NCBI RefSeq assembly: GCF_964204645.1
Contig: NC_134025.1
Coordinates: forward strand, 30,360,299-30,424,298
Source of the DNA: Tubulanus polymorphus
Lineage: Eukaryota > Animalia > Nemertea
Direction of reading: 5' to 3'
DNA: 64,000 nucleotides
In this document: piece by piece, positions 54,001 to 63,792 of the stretch
How the letters are laid out: the number at the start of each line of letters is the position of its first letter
Position numbering within the stretch: position 1 is the first letter of the stretch
Notes under the pieces: generated by a model
What the model was told of the DNA's origin: nothing
What the model saw: only the letters and a program-made list of their open reading frames with translations
Database searches by the model: none
Position numbers and translations under genes: made by a program

Positions 54001-54435
54001 CTACAAAGAGGATGAGAAAAACTTCATTAATGAACATACAATTTCACAAATAAATAGATTTGATTTCTTCCAGGGGCCAGTTTTACAGACCAATATTAAC
54101 TTTAAATCAACTTAATTGAAATTTGAATGAGTTTACGAACCAGACCTAGAGTTTTTACAGATCAGAGAATCCAAAATTCTCTAATTTTCCCTGAAACTTT
54201 GCCAATAACTCCACGATTAGATTGTATCTTAAGATATCCTTAGTTGGGGCTTTTCCTTATCGAGAGATTCCTTGTGCCAATCGACACCTAAACTTCAAGT
54301 TTCCTAACTTTTCAAGAAAACAGCAAGGATTCCCTGATTTCCCTGCAGGGTAAAAATAACCCGATAAGTCCCTGATCTGTAAGAACTCTATCAAAATTCA
54401 ATTGTTATTGTGATAATACACTGTGACTGACATAC

Positions 54436-54651
54436 ATGTGCAACGTTTCTGATTCTTTGATACAGGTTCGATCTCCCGAACAATATATAGGTCGATGACT
54501 GAATACAATAACCCACGGTCGTTGTCCGTCATATTCGTACGCTTTATTCACTTTCTTTAAATCTTTTTCCAACCAATCGTACTGTGATTTCGCAAGTTGT
54601 TCCGCTAAAATCATATCTTTACCGTCCATGAAGTACATTTCAGTCGTTAAA
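54436..54651 (-). CDS. ACP7-like exon 7: motif 4
   Basis: tttcag|...AT|gtatgt; LTTEMYF...QYDWLEKDL...RPWVIVFSHRPIYCS. Confidence 0.92.
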
Positions 54652-54999
54652 CTGAAACAAAATTCAAAATTTCAATCATTAAAATATTAGAGATCCAACA
54701 TTTATTCCGTAACATCGTCGTGATGCTATCAGGTTTGAATCCCCTCCAGCTAGGATGGGGTCGAGGCTGCAACGAGGTCACTATGCGATGCCTTTAGTAG
54801 CTAGAACATACCGGGAACATATCGGTTATCGAGGAGCAGTTGATTTTGGGGAAATTTCTGGGCGATTTCTTCAATTCAAAATACAAACAGACATCTATTT
54901 ACTCCACGATGTCATCAGATTGGAGATTGGTCTATCGGGAGAGGGGTTTGTGCTGTGAGGCCACAGGGTTGAATTGAAGTCTGGATCACCACCACATAC

Positions 55000-55111
55000 C
55001 TGATGAAATGAGCGTAATCTGTATCGAAACTGTACCAGTATTGATCCGATCCGTATGGAACGCCGTGCTGCGAAAATATCTGTTTATAATGATTGAATTT
55101 ATTCCGCATAT
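55000..55111 (-). CDS. ACP7-like exon 6
   Basis: tttag|...AG|gtatgt; FNHYKQIFS...QYWYSFDTDYAHFI. Confidence 0.9.
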
Positions 55112-55193
55112 CTAAAATAGAACTAGATAGTGACACAAAGAGAAGCTTAGAGATCGATTTAAAGGCCTTTCGCTTAAAAAATAAATATCGTAC

Positions 55194-55269
55194 CTTTTTC
55201 TCCGGGACATGTCAAAAATGGAATCTGCGATGCAAAATCTTGAAGATAGTTCAGGTAGTCTTTGGGATT
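55194..55269 (-). CDS. ACP7-like exon 5: degenerate motif 3
   Basis: tacag|...G|gtacg; NPKDYLNYLQDFASQIPFLTCPGEK. Confidence 0.85.
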
Positions 55270-55369
55270 CTGTAACAGAAAAATAATCGGCAGAATGAGG
55301 AGCTCATGCCAGCAGATATCCAGCTGTTTTTTATAAGGGTTTTAGTTCACTATTCAAAATCGAACTTAC

Positions 55370-55534
55370 CAAACTACACGACCAATCACCTAAATTCAAC
55401 ATCCCGTAATATCTATTCAACTCCGTTTCATGTTTTAACCGATGTTCGTGATTCCAATCTATTTGAATCGCGTCGATTGATGTTTTATTGATATGTCCTC
55501 CGTACAACAGAAATTCTTCGGGCCAAATTGAATT
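55370..55534 (-). CDS. ACP7-like exon 4: degenerate motifs 1 and 2
   Basis: ctatag|...|gtaagt; FLLYGGHI...MLNLGDWSCSL. Confidence 0.82.
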
Positions 55535-55868
55535 CTATAGAAATAGATTATTAACTAAACCTCAATCATCCCAAACAATATTAAATACAGTGAGCAGTTT
55601 AAAGACTAGTCTAAACTATCTTAAGTCTATATTCAATCATACAACTTAAGACCAGTCTTGAGATCTAAGACCACTTCATGAGTTTAGACTGTGCCCTGGA
55701 ACCATCTCTTAATTTCATAGCCAATCTAGCAACTTAAAGACTAGTCGAAAGATTTTTAAGATCACTTTCGGACGAAAGTCACGACAGTGCAACTGGGGTC
55801 ATCCGCTGCAGTTGTGCTCAAAACTAAACAGTGGATAGTTAACATACTTTTAAAACCCATCCCAGCCC

Positions 55869-56197
55869 CATCCTCCCTCTGCAGGGACTCGAACCTGATG
55901 ACATCGCTACACTCAGCCACGGCACAAACCCCTGCATCAGTAGACCGGGTGCGCAGGTACATGCGCAGCTTTCCGAACGAAAACTGGCGGCACCAATCAG
56001 ATTGCTCGTTGTATAATCGTTTCAAGGAAGAACTATAAATGGGAAAACCCGGGCTAAAATACGACGGGATTTCTGATTGGCTAAAAATCACATCATCTGA
56101 ACTGCACATGTATCTGCGCACACGGTCGATTATGGCAGGGTTTCGTGCCGTGGCAATCTCGATGCCATCAGGTTCGAATCCCTGCCGGGGGAGGATG
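55869..56197. mobile_element. 329-bp foldback MITE with ~140-bp arms and a 9-bp TSD (TCCCAGCCC)
   Basis: TCCCAGCCC|CATCCTCCC...GGGAGGATG|TCCCAGCCC; the arms are imperfect reverse complements. Confidence 0.88.
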
Positions 56198-56233
56198 TCC
56201 CAGCCCCTGGTTTTTGACATGAATGCTACTTAC

Positions 56234-56308
56234 ATGATGATCCCATGTGTGAAATGAAAATTGCTTGCCACCGATTTCGTACGTATATTTCTGATCTTCC
56301 TTCAACGA
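56234..56308 (-). CDS. ACP7-like exon 3
   Basis: ctatag|...|gtaagt; SLKEDQKYTYEIGGKQFSFHTWDHH (end of PAP FN3 domain). Confidence 0.85.
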
Positions 56309-56517
56309 CTATAGAACAATATGTAGAATTCATTCAATCACGATCCTTCCACAATTGTGATTTCAATTTATAAAACTAATTCATTTTCAATGAGTTAGCT
56401 CAACAAACGTCAAATGTTTAACTCAGAACTGTGCAAATGGATCCATGAGATTCTATCAACTACAGTCAAACTCACTTAAAATTCGGACGCAAAACAAAAG
56501 TTTAAGGGAAACAATAA

Positions 56518-56611
56518 TTTCAGGAACTGAGAATCAGGGATAACAGATCATTTTCAGGAACTGAGAATCAGGGATGACAAATCATTTTCAGGAACTGAGA
56601 ATCAGGGATGA
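56518..56611. repeat. Three tandem copies of a ~34-bp unit tttcaggaactgagaatcagggat
   Basis: Direct repeats in intron 2 of the ACP7-like gene. Confidence 0.9.
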
Positions 56612-56671
56612 TTGGTAAAACAGCTCTGAACCCGGTCCGGTGATGAATCGATGAATGAATGAATGTTATAC

Positions 56672-57039
56672 CTGAATTTCATATCTCATAATCCAGTGTT
56701 TGGCGTATGTATTATTCATTAGTTGACCGTCAACTGTATCAGTACGCGTGAACTCATTTGGATTCGCAGATTTTATCGTGATTGTATCTTGTTTTTTATC
56801 GTAAGTCCACATTATTACTCGATCGAGGAACGGATCGGGACCCAACGATAAGTGGACGCCCTCTCTCGCCGATTCAACAGGTTGCGGCGCCGGGTTTACC
56901 GATGGTATCGGTACACCTGGTTGCGGCTTGTTCGCCGGTGACTGCGTTGTCTTAGACTGGTTACCCGATGATTGTTGCGAAGTTTTGGACTGGTTGCCAG
57001 ATGTTTGAGTTTGATTCCCGGACGGTTTATTTTTTGCAT
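56672..57039 (-). CDS. ACP7-like exon 2: low-complexity region and FN3-like N-domain
   Basis: tttcag|...CAG|gtata; DAKNKPSGNQTQTSGNQSK...EGVHLSLGPDPFLDRVIMWT...YEIQ. Confidence 0.85.
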
Positions 57040-57961
57040 CTGAAATGTTTACGAAAATGAGTCATTAATTAAAAAAAAAACTAATTAATTCAGACAAATA
57101 TCGAGAATCTAATTAGAAATTCATGCGAAACAAACTTCCATTATTTACTGTCGCATATCTATATTTTCTATTCATATTTTACTAGACTGAAATACGAAGT
57201 ACTTGACACGGTATATTTCAATATTGGTTTTAATATGTCTGTCTAGTAGAAATGGCTCTTCATAGCGCTCAGTTATACCGTATATACAGCAGCTGGTGGC
57301 AACTGTTAGTACATACAGCCAGCTATATTCATGCGTAGAAAGTCTGATCAATGCTATCAGTTTCACAATGAAAATAACGTTTGTTCCCATTTTTTTGGTA
57401 TAAATGATTTTATACGCAGTCGAAATGAAGTATACAGCGGAACACCTCGTGAAGAGGTAGAAATCCACGACGTGTCGCAAATAAACACTCACATTGAAAA
57501 CAAATAAATCATGTTTAGGTATTTTCATTTCAGAATGATAATGATCATAGATTTAATTTTGATAATTCAGAAAATAATTACCCTTTAAAATATTTAACCC
57601 ATTGAGCCTCAATAACTAATTTTTCAATTCACACTGGTACATAGTTGTAATCCTTGTTTTTAGTTGAAACCCAAAAATTCTGAATATTTAATAATTTTTT
57701 TGATGTTTTAAATCTTTGGGTTTTTCATTGTATATAAAACTATCGGTTAGGCCACAGCAAACAGATTTCCTGGTGCATTGAAGTTCGTTATAACAAGGTT
57801 CTACTATAGAACTATACAAACAATGTTCTCCCTGAAGTTCAAGGTTCCACTGATCAGTTATAATGAACAGATTTTCAAGTTGCCCAAAGTTTGTTGTCAC
57901 AAGGTTCTACTGTATATAGAAGTGCACCTGAACGAATGATTGTTGCATCTGTTACCGTTAC

Positions 57962-58055
57962 CTGTGATATTATTCTTCGCAGCTGCATCTGTTAAAATCC
58001 AGAAGTTCAACGCGACGAAGCAACAAACAACAAAAACTGCTTTCAACATTTCCAT
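57962..58055 (-). CDS. ACP7-like exon 1: signal peptide
   Basis: MEMLKAVFVVCCFVALNFWILTDAAAKNNIT, donor G|gtaacg (phase 1). Confidence 0.8.
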
Positions 58056-59869
58056 TTTAGTTAAAATCCGAGTCTTGAGACTTCATCAACCGAACAGAGG
58101 TTTAATAATAATCCGTAGTGTTTTCAGTCACATGAATTTCAGTCCTAAACGAAATAATGCATTGATTATAATCGAGGCCTAGTCTATTGTAGAGCACAGC
58201 ACGCAACAGGAAGGTAGTGAATAGAGTTTATTTACTGTAACAGGTTGTCATCATTTTGTCGCGTTTGTGTAACATGTGTTTTATAAAAAGCTCTAAAATA
58301 CCATACTACTCATACGCCATCTATCCACACTAATCCACACTAATCCTCATTTAATATCATCAAGAGTTATCAGTTATTTTCAGATATTTTCACAAACCAC
58401 AGCAATATAAGCCCATATATTAGTGGAAATAACATCTCAAAGATAAGGTAACTAAGTAGGCCTTTAGCCTATCTTAATTGAGGCGTCAGACAGGACAGAA
58501 GCCCAGTAAACGCAATTGTGACCATAGTCAGTAACCTGTCATGCAGGCTCTATCATGATTGGATATTTTCACAAACCACCATAGCCTATGCAGATCATCT
58601 GACGCCAGGCCCGAGCCCGAGGAGTCCAGGTAGAGGGGTGTAAAGCCTAATTTGAAATTTATAAGTCGTTGAAGTTAATTTTGATTTGATTTGCTAATCA
58701 AACAACTTTTTAAAGTCAAAAGTAAATAGATGAACTGTCCCAAAAAATTCTATTTTTAGATAATGATTGATTGACCTTCTTTTCCACGGCACGAATCGCA
58801 ACCGACCCCAAGAAAAGTAGCAGACTCGCAAAACTGTCCAGTCCAGCATCCCACAACACAGAGAGTACTCTCTACTAAACCGCCCAGACACACAGTTGAT
58901 TAATTCAAATACGTACCCGCAAAAGAAACCACTTTTAAGTCAGAAAAAAATACTCCAACAACCGAAGTGAACTGTCAAAAACTAAAACAGAAAGTGAGGA
59001 TATTGCGCGAAGAGCTACACGCCGCGTTAAACACATAATGCTGACTCATTCAAGAAACGACGATTGAATATAATCAATTTATGAAAAGAAAATACCTTAA
59101 TCGTGAATGCTGAATAAAAACTGCATATAAAGTTATATCGAATATTCGTCGGTATTTCTAATGATTGATTAGGCTACAGAAGATTTCCACTTTACGTGTC
59201 AGAAGAAGTGATTCATGATCCGACGCGCGCTGTATGCGGGTACTCAATAATACCAGACTAGCGAAAAAATCTTTCTTTATCCTAGAAAATGACAGATAAA
59301 AGATCCATGTAGGCCTATACAGGTATTACACATCCATGTATATTTTGTACTTGGTCGAAACATTGAGGGAAGTTATTCCAAAAACCAGTTGAGTTCAATA
59401 GATTACAGAAACTACTGTTTTAATGGAAGGCTTTCTTTACCTGATTACCACCACACGCACACAGACACAGGCAAGGTGTCTATTTTTGTGGAGGGTCTTG
59501 TGATTCTTTCTTTGATTACGAAATATCAGTTTTAGACGATAGGCCTAATAAATTGATCTGATAGATACTTACTGGATTTACCTGATTTTGTGTTGGGACT
59601 TGGGGACAGATTGGAATGGGTAGATCAGATGGAACCTGTTCAGTCAATGATGCGATACTTCAACATTTAGACTAAATGATCCAATAGATGCTCGAATGCT
59701 GAGTAGTAGAGTTAGTCGGTTCGTGCCAGACCGGAATCAATTTGAAGATTTTCTTTTAGGCAGGCCTTATATGGTAACGTCGTGACCTGTCACACAGACA
59801 GAATGCGATACTTCAATAGATGAAATGAAGAGTGACCCTTGATTGGTGAACAACAACAGCAACAACAAT

Positions 59870-60057
59870 ATGGGCAGTTCTTCATCGAAATTCCGTAAAC
59901 ATCTACAGAACGGTGATGAATACGCGGCCCTACAACTCTACAGTAACAACTCCGATCTAAGAAAAGGACTCGATCCTAATCTTTCGTACGGTGAATCGCA
60001 CAGTCATGAAACAGCTCTTCATTATGCCGCTAAACATGCCATGAAATCATTGTTAAG
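59870..60057 (+). CDS. ANKIB1: ANKIB1 coding exon 1
   Basis: MGSSSSKFRK...HAMKSLL, AG|gtaac; Gly2 fits an N-myristoylation pattern. Confidence 0.92.
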
Positions 60058-60134
60058 GTAACAGTTACTGCGTCATTAAACATAGATCGAAATACTAGAT
60101 ACTTGGATTGTATTTCTGTCTAGGGTCGAGCATT

Positions 60135-60342
60135 GGTTCCTGTCCTGTGGCGTGGTGGATAAGGTGTTTGACTCACAACTGACAGGTTGAGGGTTCGAAT
60201 CCTATTGAAACCATGCTATTCAGGCAGGACATATATCAGTGCTTGTCGACTCACTGATTTAACAACAAAAGTCCGTACCTGGCAAAAATCTTCAGCATGT
60301 TGAAGTTGGCCAGTAATAGGTAGAACTAGAACTAGAACTAGA
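60135..60342 (+). mobile_element. tRNA-derived SINE in ANKIB1 intron
   Basis: A box TGGCGTGGTGG, B box GGTTCGAATCC (60192-60202), unrelated body, (TAGAAC)n tail, possible AGCATT TSD. Confidence 0.75.
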
Positions 60343-60510
60343 AGCATTCTTAGCGTCCTGCTGTTTGTTGATGGATAATTGAACTGCATTTTCTAATTGA
60401 ACTAAATTTATCTGAGAGTTTCATGTGGAGGCAAAATAAAGGATTTATCCCAAGGAAGTTAGATTTTTTCGCGTCCAATCGAAACTTGAGTGTTTGTCTA
60501 TATTTTTCAG

Positions 60511-60733
60511 GATATTTCTGTATGAATTGGGTGGAAATCCGAATAAGAAGAACGCGCGTAATGAATCGGCGTTACATTGCGTTTGTATGGTGTCTAATCA
60601 CCGTCCGTACACAGCGCTTTCATTCACTATTCTACAGAGAAGATTAGAATGTTTAACGTTGATCCTACAGTGGAGAGGAGCCGTGCTTAAAGATGGAGAA
60701 TTAGAGAAAGTTGATATCGCGGCTCAAGACGAG
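60511..60733 (+). CDS. ANKIB1: ANKIB1 exon 2 (ankyrin)
   Basis: ttcag|G...GAG|gtatg; GGNPNKKNARNESALHCVC. Confidence 0.92.
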
Positions 60734-60807
60734 GTATGAACCATTCATTAAACGGGGAATTCATTTTGTATTGATAAAATTATGATGAATTTGTTATTGT
60801 TTTTCAG

Positions 60808-60864
60808 AAATTGAACACAGCTCTACATTACGCAGCTGCATCTGGTTTGAGACGATGCGTCGAG
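60808..60864 (+). CDS. ANKIB1: ANKIB1 exon 3 (ankyrin)
   Basis: KLNTALHYAAASGLRRCVE, GT-AG bounded. Confidence 0.92.
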
Positions 60865-60874
60865 GTACGTGGTA

Positions 60875-60965
<91 letters not shown>
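60875..60965 (+). repeat. (CTG)~30 microsatellite in ANKIB1 intron
   Basis: Uninterrupted GCT/CTG run. Confidence 0.98.
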
Positions 60966-61034
60966 ATTCAGCTCAATATTTAACTGAATCATTCACTGAT
61001 ACCTTTTATTTATGATGTTTTGATAAATTTACAG

Positions 61035-61160
61035 CTTTTAGTCGCCCACAGTTGTCCATTATTTATGGAAAATGCTCAAAGACAAACTCCGTGTGATTGC
61101 GCTGAAAAATGCTCACATAACGCGATCGCTGTTTATCTCGAGTCTAAGATGGTTTTCTCG
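61035..61160 (+). CDS. ANKIB1: ANKIB1 exon 4
   Basis: LLVAHSCPLFMEN...TPCDCAEK...YLESKMVFS. Confidence 0.92.
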
Positions 61161-61237
61161 GTAAGTTTTACTTTGTAATGAAATTTAGCGATGAACCAAG
61201 TTTTTATGATGTTTTACGAATTGTCTTTTATTTGAAG

Positions 61238-61303
61238 AACGAAGGAAACACAGAAACAGAAGAGGATTTACAAACTGTTATGCAGGCAATTCAAGATTCA
61301 GAG
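61238..61303 (+). CDS. ANKIB1: ANKIB1 exon 5
   Basis: tgaag|AAC...GAG|gtaac, phase 0-0, acidic linker. Confidence 0.75.
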
Positions 61304-61415
61304 GTAACTGACACTAAACTGAACGCTGATTAAATCTATTAAACCACATATAAATAGTGTAGGGGATGAAATGAAATCAAATAAGATTGAAATTAAGATG
61401 AAATTTGACTCAAGT

Positions 61416-61624
61416 TTTATTTTTTAAACACCCTCAACCCGCTAAGCGCCTCGTAGGGCATTATAAGCGGGTACGATGTTTCTTTTTCCCAAAAGGGGAG
61501 AGACCAGAGAAGAACCCTCGACCAAGAAACTGTCGCCACCAGGGTTTGAACCCATAAACCCTGGATTGACAAGACCAGTGACCGGTGGCTTAAACCACTT
61601 GGCCACTGCGCCTCTCTTTTGCCT
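61416..61624 (-). mobile_element. tRNA-derived SINE with a 13-bp TSD in ANKIB1 intron
   Basis: Minus strand: A box TGGCCAAGTGG, B box GGTTCAAACCC, A-rich tail; ATTTGACTCAAGT duplicated at 61403-61415 and 61625-61637. Confidence 0.88.
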
Positions 61625-61709
61625 ATTTGACTCAAGTGATTAAAGATATTGGATTCAGAGTCAAACTTAACCAATGACTGTGATATATCTATGGAATCAT
61701 TTCTCACAG

Positions 61710-61827
61710 GCTTACAGCGGATTAAGAGCTCAAGATCTACAGGAATCTAAAGATCAGTTACTAGTCGAAACGTCCGATATGTTACGAGTTCCTTTATTCA
61801 CAGCGGAGGCTTTACTGAGAAACCATG
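61710..61827 (+). CDS. ANKIB1: ANKIB1 exon 6
   Basis: [39 protein letters not shown]. Confidence 0.92.
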
Positions 61828-61908
61828 GTACGTGTGAGCGTGGCGTTATATTGAGAATATTTAATACCGCGGATGATTCCATGTTTACGTCTTTTATATA
61901 TTTATTAG

Positions 61909-62111
61909 AATGGTCTCGTGAAATGTTACTGGAAGCGTGGATGGAAGATCCGATAGAATGTTGTAATAAATGTGGAGTGACACCTCCTGCAAGTGTTCAT
62001 CAGGAACTGAAACCTACTGATAGTCATACAATAAGAACGGCTACAACATCAGCAGCAGCATCTCGACTCGAGAATTCATCATCCCGATGGCAAACTCAAA
62101 TTGATGTTATA
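61909..62111 (+). CDS. ANKIB1: ANKIB1 exon 7
   Basis: [19 protein letters not shown]...IDVI|gtaagt. Confidence 0.9.
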
Positions 62112-62440
62112 GTAAGTACAATGAACCATTGATTAAATGTTATTTTTGTTTTACTTATTATAGTGAAATGTGCAATATTAATATGATATGGTCGATTATC
62201 CGAAGGTTGGCTTACAAGTCACTGTTATTACAGAAATTAGTTGGATTGCTAATCACAGTTCTTTTCTGAGTCATTGAATGTAAATTTACTGTAGTTGATA
62301 TAAGTAGAATTAATCATTTGTATTCAAAATCTGCAGTTGTCAAACTGATGATTATATAGTACAGCATAACTACACTGTTAATCATTGAACTTCACAGAAT
62401 CATCTGATTGATAATGAATGGAATGTTTGTGTATTTACAG

Positions 62441-62529
62441 TGCGATATTTGCGCGTGTTTAATTCCCGGTAATGAAGATGAAGTACCGATGACTTGCGAC
62501 CATCAATTCTGTAGAGATTGTTGGCAACG
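62441..62529 (+). CDS. ANKIB1: ANKIB1 exon 8 (RING1)
   Basis: CDICACLIP...CDHQFCRDCWQ. Confidence 0.92.
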
Positions 62530-62608
62530 GTTAGAACCAAACAATAACTGAAAATCAATATCAATTGATTTCTGTATTGATTGATTGAATGTTGCGTAAT
62601 ATTTTTAG

Positions 62609-62753
62609 GTATTTACACGTAAAGATTCAAGAAGGTGAAGCTCACAATATAACGTGCCCGGCTTATCAGTGCAGTAAACTAGTACCGGTAGAAATCATTG
62701 AGAATTTAGTATCTAGAGATATGGCTCGTAGATATCTACAATTTGATATTAAG
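62609..62753 (+). CDS. ANKIB1: ANKIB1 exon 9
   Basis: [21 protein letters not shown]...YLQFDIK. Confidence 0.92.
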
Positions 62754-63024
62754 GTTTGTCATTCTCAGCTGAATTTGAACGCGTTGACGCTTTGCATATT
62801 TTAAGTTTTCAAGGGTAATTTTGAAGATGCTTTAATCAATTGTCTTGATGTTACATGTGTGATATCCCTCTAGGTCCCATGATCATAGTAAAATATGATT
62901 TATCAGCAACAAGGATGGGTGTCTTGTGGCCTTTTTGTCAAAAGGTCCAAATTCTGTCACCTGTAGCTTCTTGGTTTGAATTCAATTTTTGTACATCTGT
63001 ATTCATATAAACCGATGATTTCAG

Positions 63025-63200
63025 GCATTTGTTGAAAGTAATCCAAATATAAAATGGTGTCCGTATCCTGGTTGCGGACGAGCGGTGCGTTTACCCGAAT
63101 CAGAAGTTGTATCTCCTACTGTAGCTACAGCTCGACAGCGGATCAATCTACACGATACGTCTCACGCTGTAGATTGTGGAAACGGTCATTATTTCTGTTG
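63025..63200 (+). CDS. ANKIB1: ANKIB1 exon 10 (IBR)
   Basis: AFVESNPNIKWCPYPGCGRAV...AVDCGNGHYFC. Confidence 0.92.
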
Positions 63201-63282
63201 GTGAGTGGAAATAAAACGCTCATATTTCGGACCACGATACGATAGAGCTGATCAATGATAGGTGTATGTTTATATTTAATAG

Positions 63283-63371
63283 GGAATGTTTAGGTGAAGC
63301 TCACGAACCTGCGAGTTGCGAAAACTGGAAACTTTGGTTTGAAAAAGCAGCAGAAATAAAACCTGAAGAAC
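63283..63371 (+). CDS. ANKIB1: ANKIB1 exon 11
   Basis: [19 protein letters not shown]...KPEE. Confidence 0.92.
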
Positions 63372-63452
63372 GTAAGAGATTCATCTTTTATGTTTAAACA
63401 TGATTTATTTTGATGCTATTTGTAAAAAGACGATGATCCTTGTTTATTACAG

Positions 63453-63583
63453 TAAATAATACTGAAGTAGAAACAGAACTGGCTGCTAATTTCCTGTGGC
63501 TCGTCACTAACTCGAAGGGTTGTCCTAACTGTAAATCACCGATACAGAAGAATGAGGGATGTAATCATATGAAATGCTCAAAG
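63453..63583 (+). CDS. ANKIB1: ANKIB1 exon 12 (RING2, catalytic Cys)
   Basis: [34 protein letters not shown]. Confidence 0.93.
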
Positions 63584-63792
63584 GTTTGTTGTCCTTACTT
63601 CATTTCTTTCATCATTCTTTCATTTCAAAATGAATTCCTAAAACTGTTATTACAGTAGAATGCACTTTCCTCATATTTCGTCAGTACATGTATAACAATT
63701 TGCCGTCATCACATTTTGACACTTTCAGCACGTGTTTATTCGAAGCGATCAGCTCCGTGGTAGTTATTTCTTTCATTTCTATTTTCTCACAG

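Larger units (their letters stand above)
53230..58055 (-). other. Gene span: acid phosphatase type 7 / purple acid phosphatase-like membrane protein, 547 aa, probably catalytically dead
   Basis: 9 exons (1644 nt) join in frame with no stops: signal peptide, S/T/Q/P-rich region, PAP FN3-like domain (GVHLSLG..VIMW), metallophosphoesterase fold (WYSFD...HFI, QYDWLEKDL, RPWVIVFSHRPIYCS, VDLV...YER), TM helix and tail. Confidence 0.88.

Noticed and set aside
55762-56257. 152-aa, 83-aa and 72-aa ORFs across the foldback element
   Set aside because: They arise from the GC-richer MITE arms and show no transposase motifs.
53230-58055. Calling the ACP7-like gene a pseudogene
   Set aside because: No frameshifts or stops across 9 exons, canonical splice sites, and structural residues conserved.
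60135-60213. Possible functional tRNA gene
   Set aside because: Stems pair poorly, there is no oligo-T terminator after the head, and it continues into a SINE-like body and tail.
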